Below are positions 25,632 to 38,744 of a stretch of 64,000 nucleotides of DNA, in pieces. The position numbers and the translations under genes are program-made. This DNA comes from Octopus vulgaris (lineage: Eukaryota): NCBI GenBank assembly GCA_951406725.2, contig OX597826.1, positions 51,522,001 through 51,586,000 on the forward strand, written 5' to 3'. The first letter of the stretch is position 1, and each line of letters opens with the position of its first letter. The notes under the pieces are model-generated. The model worked only from the letters and a program-made list of their open reading frames with translations. It searched no databases and was not told where the DNA came from.

Positions 25632-26722
25632 TTAAAGATCGTTGCATAGAAAGCATAAATATTATATTTTGTCAACGAAACAGTGGGGATAACGAAACAG
25701 TTTAGATTTAGTGAGCTAAACAACAGTTGAAATTTTGACGTTCTCAGTTAACTGACGACAACTATCCAATTTCCGTTTTGCTTCTAAGTTTCTGAAACAC
25801 GCTTGGGTTGACATACGAATAGATACATATGTATCTGTGTATAATTCAGCGTGTGTGTATGTGTCTCCTAAATTCATTGATATGTACAGTCAACAACAAG
25901 GTCGATTGAACGATACAGTTGTTCTGACATATTCTGGTATACCATAAATACAACTCTCTCCCTCTCTCCTTCCCTTCCTCTCTCTCTCTCCCTCTTTCCC
26001 CCTCCCTCTTTCCCTCTATTCTCCCTCTCACATACACAGAACTCCATGCACTCCCCATGTATGTACAACATTTATATAATTGTTCTGTGTGGCTTAAAAA
26101 TATCTCTGCATCTCCCTACCGTCTATTTCATAAATATTCAAAACTTAACGAAAGCTGAAATTAAATTGGCATTAGAAAAGATGAATTAGAAAGAAAAAAA
26201 AACAACTTTGTTTTGTATTCATAGACTTGGTACTATCTGTTATAATGCTACTGACGGGAAAAATATAGTTTAGTTGATTCTTTCTCCAGGTTTTGGCTTC
26301 ATAATCAACTTTCAAAGGTAAAAATGTTTTTCGTTTTGTTCTGTTGAAGTAATTCAATAAGAAAATCTAACGCAACAGACGAGGCTGTAACACCATGCCA
26401 GAATGCAAGAAATCTTGGCGTTGCCAACGTAAAACAATACATTCATTCTCACATCTAGAACGTTGGCGTCTGGCTCTCACTTGCTTATCGATATCCGTTG
26501 ATTGTTGGAAGAGATACAATGCAGTTTCGTTATGATCGTCTTCTGACGAAGATTTGGTTATTTGACCTTTGCAAGAGACAGAAACTACTTTGTAAATATT
26601 GAAAAAAAAAAAGCAAAAATATTTGAAAGTGAGATGTTATTTTGAGCTACTTACATGTTTTGTGCTGAAATATTGTGCTCTACAACTTATATAATACACG
26701 TCTAATAATATCGGTATATAGT

Positions 26723-27029
26723 GGAGGCGCAGTGGCCCAGTGGTTAGGGCAGCAGACTCGTGGTCGGAGGATAGCGGTATCGATTCCCAGACCGGGCGTT
26801 GTGTGTGTTTATTGAGCGAAAACACCTAAAAGCTCCACGAGGCTCCGGCAGGGGATGGTGGCGACCCCTGTTGTACTCTCTCGCCACAATTTTCTCTCAC
26901 TCTCTCTTCCTGTTTCTTGAGTAACGCTGCGATGGACTGGCGTCCCGTCCAGCTGGGGGGAACACGTGCGCCACAGAAACCTGGAAAACGGGCTCATGAG
27001 CCTGGATAGGCTTGAAAACGGCGACAAAA
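26723..27029 (+). mobile_element. tRNA-derived SINE, family C (V-domain-like core)
   Basis: tRNA-like head GGCGCAGTGGCCCAGTGGTTAGGGC…GGTATCGATTCCC. Internal CTGCGATGGACTGGCGTCCCGTCCAG resembles the V-SINE domain (from memory). 16-bp TSD AATATCGG(T/C)ATATAGT (26707-26722, 27030-27045). Confidence 0.9.
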
Positions 27030-27296
27030 AATATCGGCATATAGTCTCTCTGTGTCGTTCCCACTCTCCTTTCCTCTCTTGCATACACACATACATTCAT
27101 ACATTTATAGTCGATTTTACTAAAGAGATAAAACAAGGTTGAATATTTCTAACATATTTATCTATTAGTTAGTTGAATAAATTCGTTTTAATATCACCAT
27201 AATCTATATGTTTCCTCTGCAATAAAATATTAATGTCTTATACTGATGTTTATCGGAGTATATGGAGAGTCAATATTCTTTATTGAAATTTTGGAC

Positions 27297-29222
27297 AAAA
27301 TTTCGAGCATCAGGTAAGTTACTTATAGACTGCGTTTAGTGTATAGATAAGTATGACTAATCTTAGTTTGTAGTTAACTATAGGACTATAGTATTCACTT
27401 TGGTTTTGAATACTTCTAGGACTAAATTTGACTTCTAGTTACCTGTAGGATTAATATACTAAATACATCCATGCCACTGGTTAACCTTGTATCTGTCTAG
27501 CGTGCCTGGATCATAAAACATTGTAAAGATATGAACGCAAGAAAGAAGAGTTCATTTTATGAAGTCAAAGGAAACTAAGTTTCCAATTGATTGATCCTTC
27601 TGAAATAACAGCCAAATCTTCTCTCGCACCTTTCAGTGCAATAAATAGTCACGGCTCGTATACCATTGGAATGTTTGCTCAATCACGCTATCTGATTGTG
27701 ACTAAATAATAATTCAAATCTGTTTGTAGCAGGAATACTTCTACGTCTAAACATATGGGTGTAACATAACCTTGTTTACCTTGTAAATGTGTGTCTTTTA
27801 TAAGAAATCAATATTAGGAAGCATCGAAAAGATAATGGTTCTTAGTTGTTACCAACTTTATAAGAAGATTTGTTATCGAATTTCTATTGTTTCCAACAGG
27901 TTTTTGAAAAGTACATTTATTATGATCAGAAAATACATTTTCCATACATCAAATAAAGCAAATATAAAGAAACGATTATTTTTCATATTGATTTTGAAGC
28001 ATTATTTTAATACCTTTTATAGTTTAAGAAGTGGCAAATAAACATGACAACATTTGTGCATCTAAGATAAATCGTATTTTTCTATAGAAATTATATACAT
28101 TTTTTAGTCTGTGTATTGGTGGTGCATATTTGTAAAAATATAAATATACACATACACACAACCACAAATATACAGACATTATATATACATACACGCACGC
28201 AAACACATCTGCACGCATACACACATGCATAGGTATACACATACATATGCTGATGTATTGGCGTTCGTATAAAAGTGTGCATAAAGCTTATCGAGACTTT
28301 AGAATAGATTTAATATGCAAACATCTCTAACGTCTGAAGATTAACAATCTCCCGAATACTGATAAACTACCGCAATGACACGACGTGTACACAAAAGTAT
28401 TAAAGCAAGAACTGTCATTTTTTCTTCTGTATTTGCAGACTGGTTATATCACTTCAGATAGATTTTAAGATAAATAACCTCACTTTATTTTATTTGATTG
28501 ATAAAAAAAAAAAGTCCAAATAACTTATAAAACTTAAATATAGGAAAAGAAGAAAAAACATAGTTTCACAATATATTTTCACATGGAAAAAGACATTCCA
28601 CATCAATATCTTATAACTCACAATAATTCACCAACTTTTTATTGACAGATTCAACAGGGAATCAAAAGTAATTGTCATAATTTTTTCCACGTATCTCTGA
28701 ATTAAATTGTGCATAGGGGACAAAAATAATTTGTCACATTATCACACATTCTGCGTTCAAATCCCATTGGGTAGTTTGATGTTCTTCATATTGTGGTACT
28801 TCATGAAATTAGTTATGTTCAGAAGATCGGAACTTTACACCCATAGCAATGTTTTGTGAACTAACGACAAAAATGGGTGCATATCATACCGTAAGTTTTG
28901 TGATCCAAGCACACTAGGCAGATACTATGTGAAGATTTTCCCGTTATATATCGATCACTTGCAAACTTTATTTTGTTGAACTCTCTTCTCTTGGCTGCAT
29001 ATCTTTATCATAACTTTTATGATCCAAGCGCGCTAGACGGATACAACGTTAACCGGTGGGATGGATGTATTTAGTATATTATTCTCACATGCAACTATAA
29101 GCCAAGTCTTACAAATATTCACAAGCTAAGGTTAGCTAAGGTTAGTCTTATAATTAACTTCAAAGCAAACGTAGTGTATAAGTAACTTACTAATTAAGCT
29201 TAGTCCTGGCGCTCGAAATTTT
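27297..29222. mobile_element. Possible ancient DNA-transposon relic bounded by degenerate inverted repeats
   Basis: AAAATTTCGAGCATCAGG…TAAGTTACTTATAGACTGCGTTT…GACTAATCTTAG (27297-27370) matches the reverse complement of 29120-29222 (AAAATTTCGAGCGCCAGG…TAAGTTACTTATACACTACGTTT…GACTAACCTTAG). No transposase seen between them. Confidence 0.5.
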
Positions 29223-29849
29223 CCCAATGATACTTTCTACGAGATAATAGAATCAAAATATATGCACTGGTTGTCGTATGTATTAACTACTTACAAATAA
29301 ATATAAATGGCGAGTGACTTACAATATGAGGACTTATGATGTTTCACATAGATGTTTAAAATCATAAAAAAAAACATGAAAGAAAGGATAGTTAGGTAAT
29401 TATAATTAGACATTTAAATTATTTCCTAATTAAGTTAACCGAGCCGTCAAATATAACACTTATTTCAAATCACGCTTTTTAGATTCAATTTCACTTTTCG
29501 GTTGGTTTAACAAATTTAATTTATAGACATAAGATGACATCTTTTCCTTGGTTTTCCTCTGGGTGTAGAATATTTATTAAGTGCATTCTGCCAATCAATG
29601 TGAGAAAAGGTCGACTACATTAGATTCATTTATTTATTTATTCATTTATTTATTTATTTACTTATTTATTTATTTATTTATTTACTTACTTACTTATTCA
29701 TTTATTTCTTCAATTAATTAATCTTTCGGAATTACATAAGCTAGTTTCAGAAAATATATAGGCGCCTGATCTTTAAAAAACCTACTTTGCACTCATTATC
29801 TGTGTATATAGCTCTCCCCGCCACCTCTCTCTCTATCTCTATCTCCTGT

Positions 29850-30052
29850 ATACTCTTTTACTTGTTTCAGTCATTTGACTGCGCCCATGCTGGAGCACCG
29901 CCTTTAGTCGAACAAATCGACTCCAGTACTTATTCTTTTTAAGCTTGGTACTTATTCTATCGGTCTCTTTTGCCGAACCGCTAAGTTACGGGGACATGAA
30001 CACACCAACATCGGTTGTCAAGCGATGGTGGGGGACAATCACATACCCACAA

Positions 30053-30095
<43 letters not shown>

Positions 30096-30253
30096 CGACG
30101 GGCTTCTTTCAGTTTCCGTCTACCAAATTCACTCACAAGGCTTTGGTCGGCCTGAGATTATAATTGAAGACACTTGCACAAGGTACTGCGCAGTGGGACT
30201 GAACCCGGAACCATGTGGTTGGTAAGCAAGCTACTTAGCACACAGCCACTCCT
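29850..30253 (-). mobile_element. SINE family A
   Basis: Reverse-complement match to the other family A copies. Confidence 0.92.
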
Positions 30254-30577
30254 ATATATATATATACACACACACATACACATAATAGATATATAATATC
30301 ATAGAATTTTATAAAATCTTGCTGTTCCTTAATAAACACATATACGCATACGTTAAACACTCACAAATTACAATATGATATAATATAATGATAAGACGCA
30401 TACACACATTATAAAACAAATATTCTGGAGGTATTTTGATTTGGGACTAGCAAAACGGTATTGGCTTGAATATTGGAACGAGACCGAGAAAGCATCTTGT
30501 CATGGGAATCGTTTAAAAGGGGGCTACGTAGAATGTTCTTGCTTGTTTTGATTTCAATATTTTTTTCTACTTGGAAA

Positions 30578-30750
30578 AGGCGGCGAGTTGGTAGAATTGT
30601 TAGCACGCCGCCGGGCAAAATCTTTAGCGGCATTCATTCTGTCTCCAGGTTCTGCGCTCAAATTCCGACTCGGTGGTCGGTTTTGCCTTTCAAAATTTCG
30701 AGGTAGATAAAATGAGTATCAGTTGAGCACTGGGGTTGATTTAATCGACC
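30578..30750 (+). mobile_element. Degenerate SINE family B
   Basis: AGGCGGCGAGTTGGTAGAATTGTTAGCACGCCG…TGAGCACTGGGGTTGATTTAATCGAC. Confidence 0.8.
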
Positions 30751-31883
30751 TGTTCATATTTTTAAGGTCAATGAGTTTTGTGCAGTGAAATGGTAAATCG
30801 TTTACTGAAATTAATTTTTCTATCAAGACATGGCATGTAATTTGTGTTGTTCAGTTGGAGGCTGAACTGTTTTAGGGTGTGGATAGGAGGAGAAATAATG
30901 CAATCACAAACTACCATGCTCACTTATACAAAACACATCGATATACATACATATACATGTCTGGATGTATACATTGTTCAAATGCTGTTATATGTACATA
31001 CAGATATGCACTGGTATTAACTGCCCTTGGTGTGTTCCTATGGAAACACATAAAGAAGGAACATTTCTCTTAAACAATTTCCAACAAATTCGATAATACG
31101 CCTAGAATGTTCATAGCTGCAATGCCTCTATAATAGGCTTGCAGCCAGGACTGATCTAGGTCTAAACAGCAATGACAGCATATGGCTCACAAGACAATTT
31201 ACTACAGCCATGAAAAATTACAACACCTAATATAACATCACTGTTAGAGCGAAAATTGACGTGAAAATGTACATAGATATAAAGACTTCACCATCTCCAG
31301 CTGCGGAATGATTCTGTTCTTATACAAAATACCTGTTGACGAGACATGATATAAATGAAAAAAAATAAATAAATAAAGGGGAAAATAAATTTAATGTGTT
31401 GCAATGCGAACAATCATGTCGACCAGTAATTTCAATCGCTGGTTTCGAAATTTCAAAGCAAAATAATTATTGATTAGTCGATTCAGTCAACATCGCTATG
31501 GTGATATTAACTATAATAACTACAGTTTATATTAGATAAAATACGTATTGAATAACGAAAAAGAAAAACAAACAAAAAAGCAAAATACAAAAAAAATCCC
31601 CAAAACAAATGCATTAAAAGATAAGTTGAATTTTGTAATATTAACTCTTGCACTACAACATCAATGTTAATCACGGTTTTATGGCTCGCGGTTCAATATT
31701 TGGTTGTATGTAATGGTACAAGATTGACGTACTTTGAATATCAGCAGTTATTACAGAAAATTGTGTATACCAAACAGCAATCTATATGTAACATATTCAC
31801 AGACACTTCGGAACACGATCATACACAGTCATACACACTTAAATACAAGCATATGCACGCATACGTATAAACAAAGACACATA

Positions 31884-32082
31884 TACTCTTTACTCTTTTT
31901 ACTTGTTTCAGTCATTTGACTGCGGCCATGCTGGAGCAAGCCTTTAGTCGAGCAAATCGACCCCAGGACTTATTCTTTGTACTTATTCAAGTACTTATTC
32001 AATCGGTCTCTTTTGCCGAAGCGCTAAGTGACGGAGGACATAAACACACCACCATCGGTTGTCAAGCAATGCTAGGGGGACA

Positions 32083-32166
<84 letters not shown>

Positions 32167-32322
32167 TACGACGGGCTTCTTTCAGTTTCCGTCTACCAAA
32201 TCCTCTCACAAGGCTTTGGTCAGCCCGAGGCTATAGTAGAAGACGCTTGCCCAAGATGCCACGCAGTGGGGCTGAACCCGGAACCATGTGGTTGGTAAGC
32301 AAGCTACTTTCCACACAGCCAC
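31884..32322 (-). mobile_element. SINE family A
   Basis: Reverse-complement match with internal (CA)n(TA)n. Confidence 0.92.
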
Positions 32323-32649
32323 TATAGCGTTACTTATTTTACTTTTTAATTAGAAAAACAATTACTGCCCAAAACTTTTATGTGTACTTTCCCTATGTCG
32401 ACATATATTTTGTGCCTAATCATGGGGCTACGCAAAAATATATTGTGCTAATGAGGTCAAATAATACTGAAACGTTCTTGTAGCTATCCCTCTAAGCTCC
32501 AAACAACAGATATCAAATTTTCTGCTGAGGCATGTCGTATTAAGCCACTATAGAAAGCAAGGACGTAAATATTCCTCTCAGAGCGGCACTGCTGAAAACA
32601 ATTATTTTGAAGGGATTAGGTTGACGGAAACTGAAAGAAGCCCGTCGTA

Positions 32650-32697
<48 letters not shown>

Positions 32698-32724
32698 GAC
32701 ATACACACACATACATAATTAATA

Positions 32725-32970
32725 CAAAAAAAAACGGAAGAACACAAGAAAAAACAACAACGCAAGGACGTGCTACATGCAAGGTATTAATAGGACGCTG
32801 AGGAAGGAAAGAAAGGGTGCTTTACGTTTCGAGCAAAGTTCTTTTACAGAAACAGGAAACAGAGGAGAGTCCAAGAGAAAAGGCACACGGGGGAACAAAA
32901 TCGCCAACAATCTACATGTAGTTATATTTCAGAATGACGGGAAGTAGATGGACAAGAGAAAGTGCTTTCT
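32725..32970 (-). mobile_element. Penelope-like pLTR remnant with a decayed hammerhead-like motif
   Basis: Similar layout to 6750-6926 (GACGCTGAGGAA…TTTACGTTTCGAGC…CAGAAA). Minus strand reads CTGTAAAAGAACTTTGCTCGAAACGTA. Confidence 0.5.
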
Positions 32971-33592
32971 AAGACAGGAGAGTGTAAAGAAAGGTGGTAT
33001 CTGTGTGTATGTGTGAGTGTCTATGCGCGCGAGCGTGTATGATGGCATGTTTGTGTGTGTTTATATATATATGGTAGCGTGTGTTGCTGTAACTGGATGT
33101 GTGTTTGCGTATGGTGGTAGTGGTATGTGTGATACCCTGTGTTTGAGTAGGTGTGGCAGTAAATAAATGTGTGTGTGTGTGTGTGTGTGTGTACGCATTT
33201 GTGGTGTGTGTGGTATTCACTGTTTATATGTGTACGTGTGCGTGATCGATATGTCTGTTAAAGAGATCAGCATCTAGGGTAACAGGCATGGTTGTTTTTG
33301 TGTAGTTTTGTGTTTGTGCAATAGTGCATAGATGGGATGGTCAGTGAGGAGGTGTCTGAGAGGCAGTTGAATGGGTGGGTGTGTATATGTGACTGTGTGT
33401 ATGTGTGTGTGTGTAGGTTTGTGTACGTAGACGCAGTGGGAATGTGTGTGTGTGGACATGTGTATAGGTGTGTGTGTGTGTCTCGCTCCTTGTGCCACTG
33501 TCTCTCATTGTTTGTCTCTGTATGTGTGTTAGTTCGCCTGCGTGTGTGGGCATGTGTGTCTATGGGTGTGTGAGTGAGTGTGTGAGTATGCT

Positions 33593-34129
33593 GGTACTAT
33601 TGTGGTCACTTGATCGAAGTTTGAGCCTGATCGTGCCATTTTTCTTTCTCGTTTTACATGTAAAAATGGCCGTTCCACTAGCAATGTGCACCAATGAAGG
33701 ACAAAGTGCAGTGATCCGATTTCTCTGGCCGCAAGGCTCTTAGCACAATACAGGGTAGAAATGTGTATGACTGAAGATCGAGAAGTTTAAAAGTGGCTGG
33801 ACAAACGTGATGCACGAAGAGGGAGCAGAATGCCCGTCAACCTCTATCACTGACGAGAAGATTCAGCAAGCTCGAGAGATGGTAGTAGTGAACCGGTTCA
33901 TCATTACTATCTCTCGGATCACTGCTCTTTGTTCTTCTTTGGTGCACATTTCTTGTGCCGCGGCCATGTTTACACTATAAAGCCAGCAAGAAAAATGATG
34001 CGATCAGGCTCAAACTTTGATCACGTGACCACAATAGTACACTATAAGCACGCATGCGCACAAGGCAGTGTGATGATAATAAAGATATCCTATGGCGAAA
34101 GTGCGGATAATTTTTGATTTCCCCTCGTA
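33593..34129. mobile_element. Fold-back mariner derivative: two inverted copies of a mariner 5' end
   Basis: The plus arm encodes MAVPLAMCTNEGQSAVIRFLW…IEKFKSGWTNVMHEEGAECPSTSITDEKIQQAREMVVVNR (mariner N-terminal HTH; ATG 33666). The minus arm encodes MAAAQEMCTKEEQRAVIR/EIVMMNR (ATG 33967) and carries the TIR TACGAGGGGAAATCAAAAATTATCCGCAC ending at 34129. The arms meet at the palindrome TGAACCGGTTCA (33889-33900). Confidence 0.88.
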
Positions 34130-34169
34130 TATATATATACAATTAACACCCCCCCCCCAAACGTAAAAA

Positions 34170-34280
34170 AACCCCAACAAAAACAAAGCAACCATGCGAG
34201 GATGTGGCACATGCAAAGTATTAATAAGAAGGGAAGGAAAGAAATACTGTTTTATGATTCGAGCAAAGCTCTTCTTCCTC
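34170..34280 (-). mobile_element. Short remnant of the same Penelope-like end as 32725-32970
   Basis: GAGGATGTGGCACATGCAAAGTATTAATA…TTCGAGCAAAGCTCTTC is homologous to 32765-32845. Confidence 0.5.
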
Positions 34281-34605
34281 ATATATATACATACATAAAA
34301 TCGATTTGTTCTGTACATTAACATATTGGCTACTTACTGCTTTAGGATTAGTCAAGTCATGTAGACATCCTTGTTAAGAACCCAATAAGGATCGAAAATC
34401 AATTAAGATTGTACATCATTTTTGCCATCTATAGATAAATAGTTAAATTTGCCATGTTTGTAGGCCTGCTAAGTATGCTTACATACACGTTGATACGTAT
34501 ATACATTTTTATTTATACACATATATATCTACATGCATATGGATACACGTACACACACGCACGTTTAGTTATATGTATACACATATACATATATACATAT
34601 ACACA

Positions 34606-34772
34606 AGCGCAGGAGTGGCTGGGTGGTAAGTTCCTTGCTAATCAACCACATGGTTCCGGGTTCAGTCCCACTGCGTGGCATCTTGGGGGCATGTCTCTTC
34701 TGCTATAACCCCGGGCCGACCAATGCCTTGTGAGTGGATTTGGTACACGGAAACAGAAAGAAGCCAGTCGTA

Positions 34773-34833
<61 letters not shown>

Positions 34834-35042
34834 TTGTGTGTCTGTGTTTGTCCGCCTAGCATTGTTTGATAACCGATGCTGGTGTGTTTACGTCCCCGTC
34901 ACTTAGCGGTTCGGCAAAAGAGAACCGATAGAATAAGTACTGGGCTTACAAGAATAAGTCCCGGGGTCGATTTGCTCGACTAAAGGCGGTGCTTCAGCAT
35001 GGCCGCAGTCAAATGACTGAAACAAGTAAAAGAGTAAAAGAG
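34606..35042 (+). mobile_element. SINE family A, full copy
   Basis: Head GCGCAGGAGTGGCTG through tail (GTAAAAGA)n. Confidence 0.93.
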
Positions 35043-35720
35043 AGATACATACATAAACACACAAATACACACGCACACACTTAAATGTAAGAAGGGGAAA
35101 AACAGCACAAAGAGACAAACAAAACGAGACAGAAATTTATGGTCGGTGGTTGATTACTCATTTTTAGTTTATGCTGGAATTAGGAGCCACTAGAGATATG
35201 TTTGAATATTGTCTGATATAATTTCTTTGTTTAATGGCCAGATGTAATATACTGAATGAAAAAGAAAGCTACGAACTAAAGGATAAAAACAGTGTGTTAA
35301 TATAGAATTAAATTTAAATTCATCCATAGAAGCGTACGTTCTTTTCAATTCGAGAGACTATAAATATCTAAAATTGATATCTATCTATATATATATAAAT
35401 TCACGCACACGCATATGTGTGTGTATATATACATATATGAGTATATATGTGTGTGTGTATTCACACATATATATGTATATATATATGTGTGTGTGTGTGT
35501 GTGGACATGTATGGCCGTCCATATGTATGTATATGTGTATGTATGTATGTATGTATGTATGTGTCTATCTATCTATCCATGTATACCTTTAGAGAGATGG
35601 CTAGATACATATACATTCACACATGTCTGCTAGTATTACGTGAATACGTTAATAAAAGTTATGCTGCGCAAATACATGTGTTGATAAATATTGGAATGTG
35701 TTCTTGAAGTGGTTATGCTG

Positions 35721-35807
<87 letters not shown>

Positions 35808-36339
35808 AATCCCAAAGGTCAATCACAAAAAAGATATATGGCATGTCAGACCTTGACTACTGGGGTAGACTAGAGAAACTGAAACTTATTCACTCCAACG
35901 ACGCCCTGAACGCTATATTATCTGTATGATGTGGAAAATATTCCATCAGCACTGTCCGAATGATGTTGGTATCACCTTCAAAATACATCCTAGGCTTGGA
36001 CCACGTGCCATCCGTCCACAACAAAAATCTAAATCGCATCACATACCGACAATACGGCACAATTATTTCCCTTCAATTGGACCCGCTCTCTTCAACATTA
36101 CACCAGGACACGTCAAAACAGAAACTGACCTCACAAAATTCAAGAAGTCTTTGGACAAATTCCTTTAAACAGTCCCGGACAAACCACCCACACCCAGATA
36201 TGTCTCAGCAAACAATTACTCTCTGCTCGAATGGGCCTTGGTGCCCAAATCCTGAATTGAAAGACTTCGCCAGGTGGTGCTATTAAGTTAGACATGGCCT
36301 GGGCCAATACTGGCCAAAACCTTTCTAAGTTATTCTAAG
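35808..36339 (+). mobile_element. 3' fragment of a CR1-group LINE, same family as 6325-6706
   Basis: DYWGRLEKLKL…LQRRPERYIICMMWKIFHQHCPNDVGITFKIHPRLGPRAIRP…IGPALFNITP…FKKSLDKFL (ORF 35926-36168), then 3' UTR and a TTCTAAGTTA tandem tail. Long (TA)n on both sides. Confidence 0.88.
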
Positions 36340-36479
<140 letters not shown>

Positions 36480-36916
36480 ATATTTATGAATATATATATA
36501 TATGAATACGTATATATATGAATAATAACTTGTACATATACATTAGTATGTCCATACAAGCATTTATATGTATATATACTTTTTATTTACATAATTATCT
36601 ATAAATATTTTGTTTGTTTGTGCGTGTTTGTGTGTGTTTGTGTATGTGCGAGTGCGTGTGTGTGTGTTTGTCTGCGGTCGTCTTTGTATGTATATATTTA
36701 TATATTTTTTCGATTAAACTAATATCTATTTTCAATTTTCTTTTTCCTGAATGATTTTATTTGCGCAAAGTTATAAATGTCAACTTAAAAGTTTTGCGAA
36801 TCGAGATTCACGAAAACATAGATTAAAGAGATGTGGTTTATATATTTGTTTATATCAAAACATTCGCAGCTCCACCCACCCCTGTGTGACCACATATAGA
36901 CAGACACATGTGTATA

Positions 36917-36951
<35 letters not shown>

Positions 36952-37203
36952 TACATGTTTGTAGATACATACACATATACCTATATACATACATAGGTTT
37001 ATATGTAACTGTATATCTATCCATATATATATACATACATATACAAGCAACGCAAATACACTCACCCTCACGTAGACACACAAAATCATGAATTTAGCAT
37101 ATGCTAACTTGTAGCCACTGTGTATATATTATATCATGTACATATTTGAAGTGAACGTCCTAAGCAGGCATTAAAATTCAAAGCAACAAGAAATGTCTAT
37201 CTG

Positions 37204-37259
<56 letters not shown>

Positions 37260-37291
37260 CCAATTCCTATTTCCCTCTCTCCCACTCTCTA

Positions 37292-37358
<67 letters not shown>

Positions 37359-37539
37359 TTGCAATGGAGAAATTCTAGAAAATGTATAAGTGGATGATGA
37401 GTAATACACCAGTACAGTCTCAATTACCGTAGATTGCAGGAACTTCATAGTGGCGGTTGAGATAACAGTATTAATAAAATAGATGGAAAACTGAATCTCT
37501 AGAGAGACTTATAGAGAGACTATATTTTTATTTATGTAA

Positions 37540-37573
37540 CCGAAGAGACCCAGAACAGGTCGAAACATGTGTC
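37540..37573 (+). ncRNA. Minimal hammerhead-ribozyme-like motif (U4C variant)
   Basis: CCGAAGA-GACC-CAGAACA-GGTC-GAAAC-ATGT-GTC: 4-bp stem II, palindromic ACATGT at helix III and a GUC cleavage triplet. Helix I is not evident; AATAAA follows shortly downstream. Confidence 0.55.
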
Positions 37574-37639
37574 GATGTGTCGTACTAAATAAAAAAACTT
37601 TTTTCTTTCTATTTTATTAATACTATATATACATATATA

Positions 37640-38073
37640 TACTCTTTTTACTCTTTTTACTCTTTTTTTACTCTTTTTACTTGTTTCAGTCATTTGACTG
37701 CGGCCATGCTGGAGCACCGCCTTTAGTAGAGAAAATCGACCCCGGGACTTATTCTTTGTAAGCCCAGTACTTATTCTATCGGTCTCTTTTGCCGAACCGC
37801 TAAGTGACGGGGACGTAAACACACCAGCATCGGTTGTCAAGCAATGCTAGGGGACCAAACACAGACACACAAACATATTCACACACACTTATATATATAT
37901 ACATATATACGACAGGCTTCTTTCAGTTTCCGTCTACCAAATCCACTCACAAGGCATTGGTCGGTCCGGGGCTATAGTAGAAGACACTTGCCCAAGATGC
38001 CACGCAGTGGGACTGAAGCCGGAACCATGTGGTTGATTAGCAAGCTACTTACCAAACAGCCACTCCTGCGCCT
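37640..38073 (-). mobile_element. SINE family A, full copy with expanded tail repeats
   Basis: Reverse-complement match; (TACTCTTTT)n tail. Confidence 0.93.
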
Positions 38074-38080
38074 ATATATG

Positions 38081-38159
<79 letters not shown>

Positions 38160-38744
38160 ATATGTATATATGTATATATATGTATATATATATGCCAATG
38201 AGCAGAAAAACGAAAGAGCTATTGGGAACTACAAGTATGGAGTAAAGCAGCTTGACTCAAATTCGTTGGTACTCTTGTGTTCCAAGCACGATGCTAGTCG
38301 TCAGTCATTTTGAAGTTTCCAAGGCATATATATATATATACGTTTATGCTAACCTTTTTTTTATGGTCAGTTATAATATTAACAATTTTACATTAACCTT
38401 CGGGGTTATCCTCTGCTTTTGTATAATAGAAACTTATTCCTAAACAAGAATATTGTTGACAGTCACTTTGAAGTTTCAGCCAATTAAGCCATTGTCCGAC
38501 TGTGAGGCATTCAATTTAATCTAGTTTTACATAATCTCTGCTTGACTAAAAGCTTCCATGGGTTTGTGAATTTGAGTGTAGTTCCTATCAGATTTTGTTG
38601 TGTGTTTTCATGGATATGAGATTTTATTGATTACATTTAGATGTAAGTTGTCGTTTAGAATTTATTCAAGTCTGTAGAACCGTGGAAGCAAGTGAGTATG
38701 TTTAGGTGTGAGCCTTTTGTTAGGTAGGCAGAAGATGGTCTGTT

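Noticed and set aside
26723-26795. tRNA-like sequence
   Set aside because: It is the head of SINE family C, continuous with the SINE body and bounded by a TSD. No stand-alone tRNA gene was found.
35194-35215. AGATATGTTTGA matches the start of miR-190
   Set aside because: The match stops after 12 nt and no precursor hairpin is visible.
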